Origin: Saprospiraceae bacterium
GTDB lineage: Bacteria > Bacteroidota > Bacteroidia > Chitinophagales > Saprospiraceae
Assembly (NCBI GenBank): GCA_041392805.1
Contig: JAWKLJ010000001.1
Location: 4,843,101 to 4,907,100 of the forward strand
Direction of reading: 5' to 3'
DNA: 64,000 bases
Shown: one piece after another, positions 10,021 through 20,900 of the stretch
Layout: each line of letters opens with the position of its first letter
Position numbering within the stretch: the stretch's first letter is position 1
Made by a program: the position numbers and the translations under genes
The notes under the pieces: generated by a model
What the model saw: the letters and a program-made list of their open reading frames with translations, nothing else
Databases searched by the model: none
Told to the model about the DNA's origin: nothing

Positions 10021-13000
10021 ATGGAAAAAACGAATTTTACATTTGTTCATCCTACACAATGGATGAAACTAGCCTTTTTGCTAGTTGCTACTTTGTGTTT
10101 TGGATTGACTCCAATTACTGGACAAGGGCAAGACGATGCCGATCCAGTTCCTGGCGAAGACATTTGTCTTCCTCCCGCTCTTACAATCACTGGCTGTGAT
10201 GAAGACGGTGCAACCCTAACTTGGTACTCCGTAAATGGAGATCACCATGAAGGTATCAATGACCACTGCTGGTTAATCAAAGTAACTGGTGCAGGACCTG
10301 TACATTTCGCCGGTGGTGGGATCATAGGTGTTGTTGTTGATTACTTAGGCGCTCAATTGCACAATGCTATCGTAGAAGTTGAAATCTGCGAAGGCGATGA
10401 TGCACTTACCATTGCTCCTGTTCCTGGCCATCCTGGCATTTATTCTGTTACTTACGATTTGAGCAGCAACCTCATTCAGCCTGGTACGGCTTATTGGGCT
10501 GCTGTTGCTGAAGTTTGTAACCGTATGCCTGTTTTAGGTAACAATTCTTCTTGGAACTTCCAAAGGGATCTTTTAGTGAACTACCACATCGGTGGACCTT
10601 TCGACACGGATGAAATTTTCGACGAATACCCTTGGGATGGTTACGAAGGTTACTTCAAAACTAAAGACTCTCAATTCACTGCTTCTAGTGATTACGAAAA
10701 AACCTCTTGTCCTGAAGAAACTAATGGATATGTAGAAGATGGTTGTATCGTAGTGACTATCGGCGATGGCGAATCTTGCTGGGGTTTGTACAACATCACT
10801 ATTGATGGTGATTTGATGCTTGTTGGTGGCGAAGAAGCTGTAGGTGCAGGAGAGTATACTTTCTGCGGTTACGGTGTAGGCCCACACGATGTAGACGTTG
10901 AACTCGTAAACGGTTGCAACCCTCCTACCAGAAGATTGGAAGCAGATGTAGTTATTCCTAATGGAATGGACATGGTTTCTCCTATTATTACAGTAGCTGA
11001 CTTCTTTGCTGGTACTTTGCTAGCTAACGAAGGTGGTGATGTAATTGCACTTGGTGACATGTTGATTCCTGAAGGTTCTTGCTCTATGAAGAGCTACTTC
11101 ATCGTTACTGGTGTTGACAACTGTGATGGCGAAATCTGTGATGGTGATGCAGTTACTGCTGAAGCTACAGACGGACCTGCTAACGTTGATCCAGGTACCC
11201 AAGTACAAGTTTATAACCAAGACCAGTATGTTGATACAGGTGAAGGTATTGTTCATTTGCAAGGTTGCGAATGGGTAGTTGAAATCAACTGGTCAGTTGG
11301 CGCATCTGAAGTAACTGTTTGTTTGGATGATGCAGAAGAAGCTGGTTTGTCAGCTCCTACTTGTGTAACAATTACTGCTAATGTGATTGATGCACAGGAT
11401 GCTCTTATTGATGCTCCTGCTGTAAATTATACAATTCCTGAATGCCAGGATCAAGTAACTGTTTTTTACAGCTTCCAAATCGATGATGGTTGTGATAACG
11501 ACATCGATTTTGATCAAGTATTTTTTGATGCATTTGCTTTTGGCGGTATCTCTTTAGATGCAATAACTGAGCTTAGCATTGAAAATGGTTACGCAGAAGT
11601 TATTTTAACTTTCGGAACAGATGGATTCCAAAATGATTTTATTGATGATGGTTTACTTCTTATTACCTATATTGATGATTTTGGTAATGTATATACTGCC
11701 CAACCATTCTTCAATTTATACAACTCCACTATTAACGCTGATCCAGTAATCACAACAACTGGTAACGCTTTCACAGCTTTAGCTTGTGAAGACGGTGGTG
11801 AAGTAGTACTAGGTGTTACTGTTACAGATGATTGCGAAGATGTATTGGACGACGTTAAAATCTCTGGTGATGGTTCTGGTGACCTTACAGCTGCTCCAGC
11901 AGTAAGAAACGGAACATCTGCATACTTCGAATTTTCTGGTACTTTGGCAGCTGACGAATATAGCTTTACATTCAAGTACCCAGGTGCTGGTGATGTAACA
12001 GTAGCCGTTGTAGTTTCTCAGGAAGATAACCACGCTCCTGGTGTGGATATGCCTGGTAACACAACTTTCACTATTCCATCTTGCCAAGATGATGTAACAG
12101 CAGTATGGTCTGTTCAAATTACCGATGATTGTGACGAAGCAATTGATCTTAGCGAAGTATGTATCACTGTAGGTGGTGGTGCTTGTATCGCTATTCCAAG
12201 TGCTAATGCTACTGTTGTTTCTACAGGAGAAGGCATGGCATTGATCGAATTGAACTACGATCTTACGCTTGCAGCTAATGGTGCAGCGTTTGCCGTTTCT
12301 TATACAGATGGTAGCGGTGCTACTACATCTAAAAGTTCTACTGTAAGTGTAAATGGTACGCCTGATGTTATCAAGCCAGTTATCGTTTACCCAACAGAAG
12401 CTATTACAAAAGTATTGGATCCATGTGGACCAAATACAACTGATATCAAATTCTCTGTATCTGCGATTGACAACTGTGCTGGTAATGTAGCTGTTTCTGT
12501 ATCAGCTCCTGGCCGTATAGCTATGTCTTCTGTACCTGAAGGTGATGCTGACAAGTGGACAATTACTTATGCTGCTAGCGCAACACCATACCAGATTACA
12601 TTGTCCGCTAATGATGGACACGGCAACACGACTACACAAACCATGTGGGTAAGTGTAACGCAAGCTCCTGCTCCTCCAGTGAACTTGGCTTGCCACACAG
12701 GCTTGCAAGCTCCTGTTGGTTACCAATGTGAAGTAGAACTAACTCCTGCTATGGTATTGGAAGGTTCTATGGGCTGTTTGACTCCTGCTGACATCGAAAT
12801 CGTTGTTAAAGGAAAACAAAGAGGCGCTGTATGGGCTAACTATACAGAAGGTACTGGTTTGCACCAATTTGATGTTTACATCAATGGCAATTACTTCTGT
12901 ACTGGTAATATTACTACTTATGACAACATTCCTCCATCTATCGAGTGCCCAGCTGATGATCCAGCTGATTACGTTTGCACTGATATTGATGAGTTGTTGG

Positions 13001-16000
13001 GTACATTAGAGTACACAGGTGCACCAAGTATTGGTGATAACTGTTCTGGTGCTACTTACGACTGGTACGAGGAAGTATTATATGGTGAAGACGAAGCTTG
13101 TGATGATTTACGAATTCGTCGTGTATTCACTGTAACTGACGGTGCTGGATTGAAAGCATCTTGCACACAGTATATCACTGTTCGCAAACCTACCTTGGCT
13201 GATGTTACTGGACCAGATGAATTGATTGAATTGAGCTGTGATGATGAATTCGAATATGATGCAAATGGCCACCCATCTCCACCAGAGACAGGCGGATACC
13301 CATATGTTACTACTATTTTCGATGATCACAACTTGGCACAAACATACTGCAACCTTGCAGCTACTTACTCAGATTCTGACTTGATCGAAATTTGCGAAGA
13401 TAGCTACAAATTTATCCGTACTTGGACAGTACTTGACTGGTGTCACCCAGGTCAGTATACAACCTATACTCAGTTGATCAAAGTAGGAGACTTTGACGAT
13501 CCAATCGTTACTGCTCCAACTGCTGACTACGACTGGGATGGTCACTTAGACATCTTGTCTTACTCTACAGGTCCATTCGATTGCTCTGGTGCATTCGAAG
13601 TACCAATGCCTGGTGTTACCGACAACTGCTCTGGCTGGACAGTAACCACTGAAATTCTGAAAGACGGAACAACTCCTGTATTGACTATCGCTCCAGGTGC
13701 CAACCGTTTCGTAAGTGGTATTCCAATGGGTTGCCATGCTTTCCGTTACTGGGTAACTGATGGTTGTGGAAACCAAACTGACATCACTGTACCTTTCATG
13801 GTAGAAGACAAAGTAGCTCCTGTAGCTGTTTGTGATGATGACTTAAACATCTCTATCGGTGGCCAAGGCTACGCTAGAGTATACGCTACTGATATCGACG
13901 AAGGATCTTGGGATAACTGTGGACCAATCCGCGTTGAAGTACGTCGTTTGTACAACGAAGATGCTGATTGTAACCCAATTACTTCTTACTTCAGCGAATG
14001 GGGTGAGTATGTAGACTTCAGCTGCTGCGATATCGGAGATGCTGTAAGAATCGAATTGCAAGTATGGGATGACCGCAACGGTGACGGTATTCCAGGTAAC
14101 ACAATTACTATCGTTAACTGTGATGGTCAGGAAGTTGTTGTAAAAGACAACAGCAACACTTGCTGGTTAGACGTAACAGTAGAGGATAAATTGAATCCAT
14201 ACTGTGTACCTCCTCACAACAAGACCATCACTTGTGATGCATTACCATACGACTTCGATCCTAGTGACATCGAATTGTTAGAGGACCTATTCGGTCAGGC
14301 TGACTACGCAGACAACTGCCCAGGTGCTTCTGTTGAAGAAAATGCACCAGTTATTACAATTGACGATTGTGGAACAGGAACGATCCTACGTTCTTTCACT
14401 GCTACAGATGCAGTAGGATTAACTTCTACTAACAGCTGCCAGCAGTTGATTACCATTACAGAAGTACACAACTACGAAATCCGCTTCCCAGCTGATGATT
14501 CAGCTGATTGTGGTGTAGCTGATCCTGATACGATTACTTTCAACGAGATTGGTTGTGACCTATTGGCCGTAAGTGTAGAAGATGAATTCTTCTCTGCTTC
14601 TGGCGATGAGTGCTACAAAATCTTCCGTACTTACCGAGTGATTAACTGGTGTGAGTATGATGGTGAAGCACCTCCAGTAGTTGTAAGCCGTGACGAAGAT
14701 TGTGATGGCAAACCTGGTGATGAAGCAGTTTGGGTACTACGTAGACCAAACGGTGCTGTTTACTTCGACCGTGATAACGTTGAGACTAACAACAACCCAC
14801 TTGCAGGTACTAAAGGCACATCTTGCGATGGCTTGACGAACCCTAAAGGTTACTGGATTGACAGCTACATTGATGCTAACGCAACACGTGATCCTATCAC
14901 TGGTCAGTTGGATAACAACTACACCAACGATAACATCCGTAACATTGATACAAGAGGATACTGGCAGTATACACAGGTCATCAAAGTTTACGACAGTGTT
15001 GACCCAGTTATTACTGTTGAGGCATACGATGCATTCCCATCTTTGGATAATGTAAACTGTGACGGATTAGTAACTATCAACTTCAAAGTTGAAGATGAGT
15101 GTACAAGAGAAGAAGGCTTGAAATTTGTTTGGTTGGATGCATTTATCAATGATGCTGACGGTGACGGAAACTTCACTCAAGCAGAATTTGTAAAAGATCA
15201 TGATGTAACAGCTCAAATCACTGGCGATGCTTCTGGTTACACTTACTCTGCAGAATTGCCACAAGGTACACACGCCTTATTGATCAAAGGATCAGATGGT
15301 TGTGGAAATGAGACAGTTGACCTGATTATCTTCGAAGTAGTAGATACTAAAGCACCAGCACCAGTTTGTATCAATGGTTTGGCAGTAGAATTAATGCCAA
15401 CTGAGCCAGGTACTGACGCTGATGGCGATGGTGACGAAGACAGAGCTGCAATGGCTATTTGGGCAAATGACTTTATCGCTAGCCCAATCTATGACTGTAA
15501 CGGTCAAGGCCCAGCAGTAGATGCAAACGGTAACGAATTGGTTACTGCTTACTCTATCAACTTGGTAGGCGCAGAACCTAACCGTGACTCTACAGGTATC
15601 GTATTAACTTGTGATAACGACGAAACAACTATCGTGGAAATCCACGCTTGGGATGAAGTTGGAAATCATGACTACTGCGAAACTTACGTTTTAGTACAAG
15701 ATTTGATGAACAGATGTGAAGGTGGTGAAGATGGTGCCATTGCTGGTAACATCAAAACTGAAGGTGGAGAAGGTGTTGCTGACGTTGAAGTTTCTTTAAG
15801 TGGCTTCATGAATTCAATTTACACTACTCAAAACGACGGTTACTACGTATTCCATAACCTTCCAGTGAACGACTACTCTGTAGCTCCTCAATTGGATGTG
15901 AACTACTTGAACGGTGTATCTACTTTTGACCTTGTATTGGTAAGCAAACACATCTTGGGCATCCAATTATTGGATTCTCCATACAAAATGATTGCTGCTG

Positions 16001-16941
16001 ACGCAAACAACAGTAAGAGTATCACTACACTTGATATGATCGAAACTCGTCGTAACATCTTGGGTATTACGAATGGCTTTACTAACAATACAAGCTGGCG
16101 CTTTATTGATGCTAACTATGTATTCCCATTCCCTAACAACCCATGGTATGAGCAAGTTCCTGAAATTAAATCTGTTAATGACCTTGTAGGTGAAATAGAG
16201 CTTAATTTCGTAGCTGTCAAAATATCTGATGTTAACGCAAGTGCACGACCAAACGGTTTAGTGAGCATCGACGATCGTAGCAATGGTTCTTTCGCATTCA
16301 ATGTTGAAGATATCGCTATGGTTGCTGGTAACACTTACAATGTTGACTTCACTGCTAAAGATATCGCTGCTATCGCAGGTTACCAAGGTACTTTCACTTT
16401 CGGTGAAGCTATCGAAATGGTAGATATCGTATACGGTGTCGCTAAAGAAGGAAACTTCGGTACTAACTTTGTTAACGAAGGAATGTTAACTACATCTTTC
16501 AACGACGAAGCATCTGCTGATGACGTTCTGTTTACTTTAGTAGTTCGCGCTAACCAAGACGCTTCATTGAGCGAACACCTTGGCTTGAGCTCTAGAGTTA
16601 CACCTTCTGAAGCTTACAACAACGACGGTGACAAACTTGATCTAGCGATCAACTTTAGCACAGGAAAAGTACAGTCTGTTGCTTTCGAATTGTACCAAAA
16701 CCAGCCAAACCCATTCCAGGGTGAAACTGTTATCGGTTACAACTTGCCAGAAGCAGCTCAAGTTACTTTCACTGTAAGTGATGTAGCTGGTAGAACACTC
16801 AGAACGATCCGCACTGAAGGTGCTAAAGGATATAACAATATCCTCATCAACAGCAAAGATCTTCCTGCAGCTGGTGTATTGTATTACACTGTTTCTACTG
16901 ACAATTACACTGCAACTAAGAAGATGATTATTGCTCAATAA
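10021..16941 (+). CDS. Giant (2306 aa) secreted HYR/Ig-repeat adhesin-like protein ending in an Ig-like / dockerin-like / cohesin-like cassette and a T9SS sorting domain
   Basis: Signal peptide (MKLAFLLVATLCFGLTPITGQG; alternative start at 10063). Many roughly 80-100-aa repeats ending in ...TVTD..G....C.Q.ITV / W.V.DWC-type HYR/Ig motifs. Strongly acidic, rich in Asp/Thr/Val. C-terminal dockerin-like pair (GVSTFDLVLVSKHILGI...ADANNSKSITTLDMIETRRNILGI), a cohesin-like domain, and a T9SS sorting domain (YQNQPNPFQGETVIGYNL...). Confidence 0.85.
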   Translation: MEKTNFTFVHPTQWMKLAFLLVATLCFGLTPITGQGQDDADPVPGEDICLPPALTITGCDEDGATLTWYSVNGDHHEGINDHCWLIKVTGAGPVHFAGGGIIGVVVDYLGAQLHNAIVEVEICEGDDALTIAPVPGHPGIYSVTYDLSSNLIQPGTAYWAAVAEVCNRMPVLGNNSSWNFQRDLLVNYHIGGPFDTDEIFDEYPWDGYEGYFKTKDSQFTASSDYEKTSCPEETNGYVEDGCIVVTIGDGESCWGLYNITIDGDLMLVGGEEAVGAGEYTFCGYGVGPHDVDVELVNGCNPPTRRLEADVVIPNGMDMVSPIITVADFFAGTLLANEGGDVIALGDMLIPEGSCSMKSYFIVTGVDNCDGEICDGDAVTAEATDGPANVDPGTQVQVYNQDQYVDTGEGIVHLQGCEWVVEINWSVGASEVTVCLDDAEEAGLSAPTCVTITANVIDAQDALIDAPAVNYTIPECQDQVTVFYSFQIDDGCDNDIDFDQVFFDAFAFGGISLDAITELSIENGYAEVILTFGTDGFQNDFIDDGLLLITYIDDFGNVYTAQPFFNLYNSTINADPVITTTGNAFTALACEDGGEVVLGVTVTDDCEDVLDDVKISGDGSGDLTAAPAVRNGTSAYFEFSGTLAADEYSFTFKYPGAGDVTVAVVVSQEDNHAPGVDMPGNTTFTIPSCQDDVTAVWSVQITDDCDEAIDLSEVCITVGGGACIAIPSANATVVSTGEGMALIELNYDLTLAANGAAFAVSYTDGSGATTSKSSTVSVNGTPDVIKPVIVYPTEAITKVLDPCGPNTTDIKFSVSAIDNCAGNVAVSVSAPGRIAMSSVPEGDADKWTITYAASATPYQITLSANDGHGNTTTQTMWVSVTQAPAPPVNLACHTGLQAPVGYQCEVELTPAMVLEGSMGCLTPADIEIVVKGKQRGAVWANYTEGTGLHQFDVYINGNYFCTGNITTYDNIPPSIECPADDPADYVCTDIDELLGTLEYTGAPSIGDNCSGATYDWYEEVLYGEDEACDDLRIRRVFTVTDGAGLKASCTQYITVRKPTLADVTGPDELIELSCDDEFEYDANGHPSPPETGGYPYVTTIFDDHNLAQTYCNLAATYSDSDLIEICEDSYKFIRTWTVLDWCHPGQYTTYTQLIKVGDFDDPIVTAPTADYDWDGHLDILSYSTGPFDCSGAFEVPMPGVTDNCSGWTVTTEILKDGTTPVLTIAPGANRFVSGIPMGCHAFRYWVTDGCGNQTDITVPFMVEDKVAPVAVCDDDLNISIGGQGYARVYATDIDEGSWDNCGPIRVEVRRLYNEDADCNPITSYFSEWGEYVDFSCCDIGDAVRIELQVWDDRNGDGIPGNTITIVNCDGQEVVVKDNSNTCWLDVTVEDKLNPYCVPPHNKTITCDALPYDFDPSDIELLEDLFGQADYADNCPGASVEENAPVITIDDCGTGTILRSFTATDAVGLTSTNSCQQLITITEVHNYEIRFPADDSADCGVADPDTITFNEIGCDLLAVSVEDEFFSASGDECYKIFRTYRVINWCEYDGEAPPVVVSRDEDCDGKPGDEAVWVLRRPNGAVYFDRDNVETNNNPLAGTKGTSCDGLTNPKGYWIDSYIDANATRDPITGQLDNNYTNDNIRNIDTRGYWQYTQVIKVYDSVDPVITVEAYDAFPSLDNVNCDGLVTINFKVEDECTREEGLKFVWLDAFINDADGDGNFTQAEFVKDHDVTAQITGDASGYTYSAELPQGTHALLIKGSDGCGNETVDLIIFEVVDTKAPAPVCINGLAVELMPTEPGTDADGDGDEDRAAMAIWANDFIASPIYDCNGQGPAVDANGNELVTAYSINLVGAEPNRDSTGIVLTCDNDETTIVEIHAWDEVGNHDYCETYVLVQDLMNRCEGGEDGAIAGNIKTEGGEGVADVEVSLSGFMNSIYTTQNDGYYVFHNLPVNDYSVAPQLDVNYLNGVSTFDLVLVSKHILGIQLLDSPYKMIAADANNSKSITTLDMIETRRNILGITNGFTNNTSWRFIDANYVFPFPNNPWYEQVPEIKSVNDLVGEIELNFVAVKISDVNASARPNGLVSIDDRSNGSFAFNVEDIAMVAGNTYNVDFTAKDIAAIAGYQGTFTFGEAIEMVDIVYGVAKEGNFGTNFVNEGMLTTSFNDEASADDVLFTLVVRANQDASLSEHLGLSSRVTPSEAYNNDGDKLDLAINFSTGKVQSVAFELYQNQPNPFQGETVIGYNLPEAAQVTFTVSDVAGRTLRTIRTEGAKGYNNILINSKDLPAAGVLYYTVSTDNYTATKKMIIAQ

Positions 16942-16964
16942 TCGTCCTTCGATGAAATACATTT

Positions 16965-16996
16965 GGAGTGGCCCTTTGGGTCACTCCATTTTTTTT
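16965..16996 (+). terminator. Rho-independent terminator (first of a tandem pair) after the giant adhesin gene
   Basis: ggagtggccctttgggtcactcc hairpin followed by atttttttt. Confidence 0.6.
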
Positions 16997-17000
16997 GTAA

Positions 17001-17038
17001 AATCACCAACTGTTCGCGGTGATTTTTATTTTTTTTTG
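17001..17038 (+). terminator. Rho-independent terminator (second of the tandem pair)
   Basis: atcaccaactgttcgcggtgat hairpin followed by a T-run (ttttatttttttttt). Confidence 0.6.
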
Positions 17039-17090
17039 TACCTTCGTTCTGAAAAAGAACAACATAAACCCTTGAGCATAATCCCATGAT

Positions 17091-17897
17091 ATGAAACATG
17101 CAACTGGAATACTTTTCCTGCTGTGCCTCCTTTCTCTATTTTGTATTGTTCCTGTCTCAGGTCAGGTCTCTATTTTTCTCACTGACGCTACGGTTCAACC
17201 TGGAGAAACCTTTACCGTTCCGGTAAAAGCGGCCAATTACCAATCTATTCTTAGTACCCAGTTTTTTATACGCTGGGACCCTACAGTACTTTCTTTTAAG
17301 AATGTGGTTGATCTACATCCACCATTTGACTTTGTAGATCACTTCGGAGCATTGTCGGCCCAAACACAAGGTACCTTAGCCTTCGCATGGTTTGACACTG
17401 GCTCTCTAAGTGGCATTAATATTGAAAATGATTCTTCTTTGTTTTCCATTGAATTCACCGCCGTAGGAAGTTATGGCGAATATTCAAAAATTGAATTTTA
17501 TGAAGATCCTTCAGATGCATCCACTATTACAGAAATAGTCGATACTTCCTATAAAGCTATTCCTTATGAAGTAACTGATGCTACGATCTCTTTGGGCGAG
17601 ACAGTAAACACTCTCTTTAATTCTGCGCCTGATAAAATATTGATAAAACCGTGTTACCCCAATCCTTTCACCCATCATACAACTTTAAATTTCAAACTTA
17701 CACAAGCAACAACCATTCATCTAAACATCTTAGATTTACAAGGAAAAACAGTTTTTGAGGAACAAAGGTATTTTGGTAGTGGCCAACATCAGCTGACATT
17801 AGAAAAGGACGTCTTTAGTCAGCCAGGTATTTATTTCTACCATCTTACCTCACCTTCTTTCAAGGTGACTCAAAGACTTGTGTTTTTAGAGCAATAA
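17091..17897 (+). CDS. Small secreted protein with a single cohesin-like domain and a T9SS sorting domain
   Basis: Signal peptide. Cohesin-like beta-sandwich signature (QFFIRWDPTVLSF...GTLAFAWFDTG...FSIEFTAVG). C-terminal sorting domain (KPCYPNPFTHHTTLNFKLTQATTIHLNILDLQGKTVFEE). Confidence 0.75.
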   Translation: MKHATGILFLLCLLSLFCIVPVSGQVSIFLTDATVQPGETFTVPVKAANYQSILSTQFFIRWDPTVLSFKNVVDLHPPFDFVDHFGALSAQTQGTLAFAWFDTGSLSGINIENDSSLFSIEFTAVGSYGEYSKIEFYEDPSDASTITEIVDTSYKAIPYEVTDATISLGETVNTLFNSAPDKILIKPCYPNPFTHHTTLNFKLTQATTIHLNILDLQGKTVFEEQRYFGSGQHQLTLEKDVFSQPGIYFYHLTSPSFKVTQRLVFLEQ

Positions 17898-17928
17898 ATT
17901 ATATTCCCTAACATCCCAAATTCCGAAC

Positions 17929-20900
17929 ATGATGGATAGGATTTTTACACGCCTATTTGCCGGGCTCCTTTTGCTTATTCCAATAAGCATTTCGGCAAAC
18001 CCTACCATTGGTAGGACTAATGATCTTGAAGGATTTACGATAACTTTAGAGGATTTTGATGCAAATCAAGGCGATCAAATCTGCTTAGACGCTAGCGTCA
18101 GCGGATTTATGAATATCCTTGGTATGCAATTCTCTATTAATTATGACCCTGCAATTCTTCAATTTAACAACATTTCCAATACGAACCTTACGGGCCTAAG
18201 CCCTAACTCCTTTGGAAACCCCTCTGCGGGCAACATTACCATGTCATGGTCTGATCCTAATGCAGTGGGCCTTACGCTCGCTGATGGCACGGTAGTTTTT
18301 GAAGTTTGCTTCACCGTAGTGGGCACTGCCGGTACTACGGTCACTTTTTCCGACACGCCTACGCCAACTGAAATTGTTGACGGTACCTTAACTGTTATTG
18401 GTTTCACTGGCCAAGAATCAGCGGTAACGGTTAATGGCAATTCACCAGGTGGTGGTGGCGGCGGCGGCGGTGGTAACACCGGAATTACCCTGACAATCGA
18501 AGACATAGCAGCCAATCAGGGCGACCAGGTCTGTCTTGATGTGACGGCTTCTAATTTTACGAATATTCTGAGCTTACAAAATTCCATTAGCTATGACCCC
18601 GCAGTTTTACAGTTTAGCTCCATTTCAAACACTAACCTTGCAGGCTTAAGTGCTAACTCGTTTGGAAACCCTTCGGCAGGCAAAATTACGATGTCCTGGG
18701 CTGATCCGAATAACACTGGGCTGTCAGTGGCAGATGGGACCGTCCTTTTTGAAATCTGTTTTAATGTTATTGGAACAACATCTACAACTGTTGTCGATTT
18801 TTCTAATACACCAACACCTATAAAGGTAGTAAACGGCGCTCAGACGGAAATAGGGCTTACCAGCAATTCTGGAACAGTTACGGTTACTGGAAATAATGGT
18901 GGCGGCGGTGGCGGTGGCGGAAATGAAAATCCGAATTTTACAGGATTTGGATTGGCGATTGAAGATGTCAGTGCTAACCAAGGGGATCAGATTTGCTTAG
19001 ATGTGGTTGCCTACAATTTTAATAGTATCCTTGGTATGCAATATACCATTAGTTATGACCAGTCCAAATTGCAGTTCAGCTCTATTGCAAATACAAATCT
19101 TGCCGGTTTAAGTGCCAATTCTTTTGGCAATCCCACACCGGGTAAAATCACCTTGTCTTGGTCTGATCCGAATGCTGTAGGGGTTTCTGTAGCAGATGGG
19201 ACGGTTATTTATGAGGTGTGTTTTAATGTCTTGGGAACCACTTCTACAACGGTAACTTTTACAAGTTCTCCAACGATCATCGAAATTATTGACTCGGGCT
19301 TAAATGAAATTAGCTTTGAGAAAAATGATGGTGTTGTCACGCTGAATGGCGGTGGCGGCGGTGGTGGCGGTGGTGGTAACACTGGACCCTCTTTCACAGG
19401 ATTCGGTGTTGTCATAGAAGATACTGCTGCAAATCAAGGCGACAAAGTTTGCCTGGATGTAACGGCGTATGATTTTGTAAATATATTGGGAACACAGTTT
19501 ACCATTAATTATGATCCCGGTCGATTACAATTTGTAGAAATTGCAAATCCCAATTTGGTAGGGCTTTCTTCCGGCGCCTTTGGCAACCCTTCTCCAGGAA
19601 ATCTAACTTTTTCTTGGTCTGATCCCAATGCTGTAGGTGTTACAGTACCTGATGAAACGGTTATTTTCCAAATCTGTTTTAATGTTTTGGGTAATAATAC
19701 GAGCACAACGGTCAGTATTTCTGGTACACCTACAGGTATTGAAATCATTGATAGTGGATTAAATGAAGTTCCGTTCAACTATGATAGTGGTACGGTTACC
19801 ATTAGCGACAATGGTTCGGGACCGGGTTTTGAGGGGTTTGGAATTATTGTAGGGGATAAAAGCTTACAAGAAGGAGATTCTTTTTGTGTGCCAGTTAGTG
19901 TACAAGAATTTGTAGGAATACTTGGTATGCAGTTTACCATTTCCTATAATGCCACAGAATTGCAACTAGACCAAATAACGGGATTTAACCTTAATGGTTT
20001 GGCCGCAGCCTCTTTTAATTCTAGTACGCCTGGTACTATCCGATTTACATGGGATGATCCTAACGCAACTGGAGTGACTTTAAATCCTGCCGACGATCCG
20101 AATACGATATTCGAATTGTGCTTCACCGTTATTGGAACCAATAGTTCTCAGATTTGTATTGTAGATACACCTGTGGCAGTTGAAATCACAGCTTCCGATC
20201 TAACGGTTATTACGCCAACCCTCATCTGCGGTAATATTCTGGTAGGAGAAGATCCTCCACCAACCGTTACCGCTACCATTACAGGCGTTAGTTGCCCGGG
20301 AGAAAATAATGGATCTATTGCATTACAAGTGAGTGGTGTAGGACCTAACTACAGCTACCAATGGAGTATTCCTGGCCTAGGAAATGCCAATACAGCAAGT
20401 GGACTTTCTGCAGGAAATGTAACCGTTACGGTCACCGATAATGGGACCAACCTGCAAACCATAGAAACATTTACGGTGCCCAGTCCTGCTGCTATGAACA
20501 TTACCCCTACGATAAAGCATGCAAGTTGCTCAGATGCTACAGATGGTAGTATCAGCCTTGCGGTTACTGGGGGAACTGGGCCATTTACCTACAATTGGTC
20601 TCCTACAGGGACGAATACAAGTCAAAATACGGGGCTTGCATCTGGTGTTTATAATGTAACGGTTACAGATAGGAATTCCTGTGTTACAACTGCTGGGCCT
20701 TTTATCGTTGAAAGCCCTTCTGCGATTAACATTAGCGTTATTTCTGTACAAAATGTGCAATGTGCGAGCGACCAAACGGGCGCCATTGCTATTGCAGTAA
20801 ATGGAGGTACACCACCATACAGTATTAATTGGAATGGCAACCTTCCTGATAATACAACAACGCAAAGTGGATTATCTGCCGGCAGCTATTCCGTCGTGGT

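Noticed and set aside
18159-18515. Minus-strand ORF (118 aa) with a PPPPPPPPPP run, and similar antisense ORFs at 19209-19415 and 19509-19778
   Set aside because: These are the antisense of the GGC/GGT poly-Gly linker tracts inside the well-supported 1823-aa plus-strand gene, so they are compositional artefacts.
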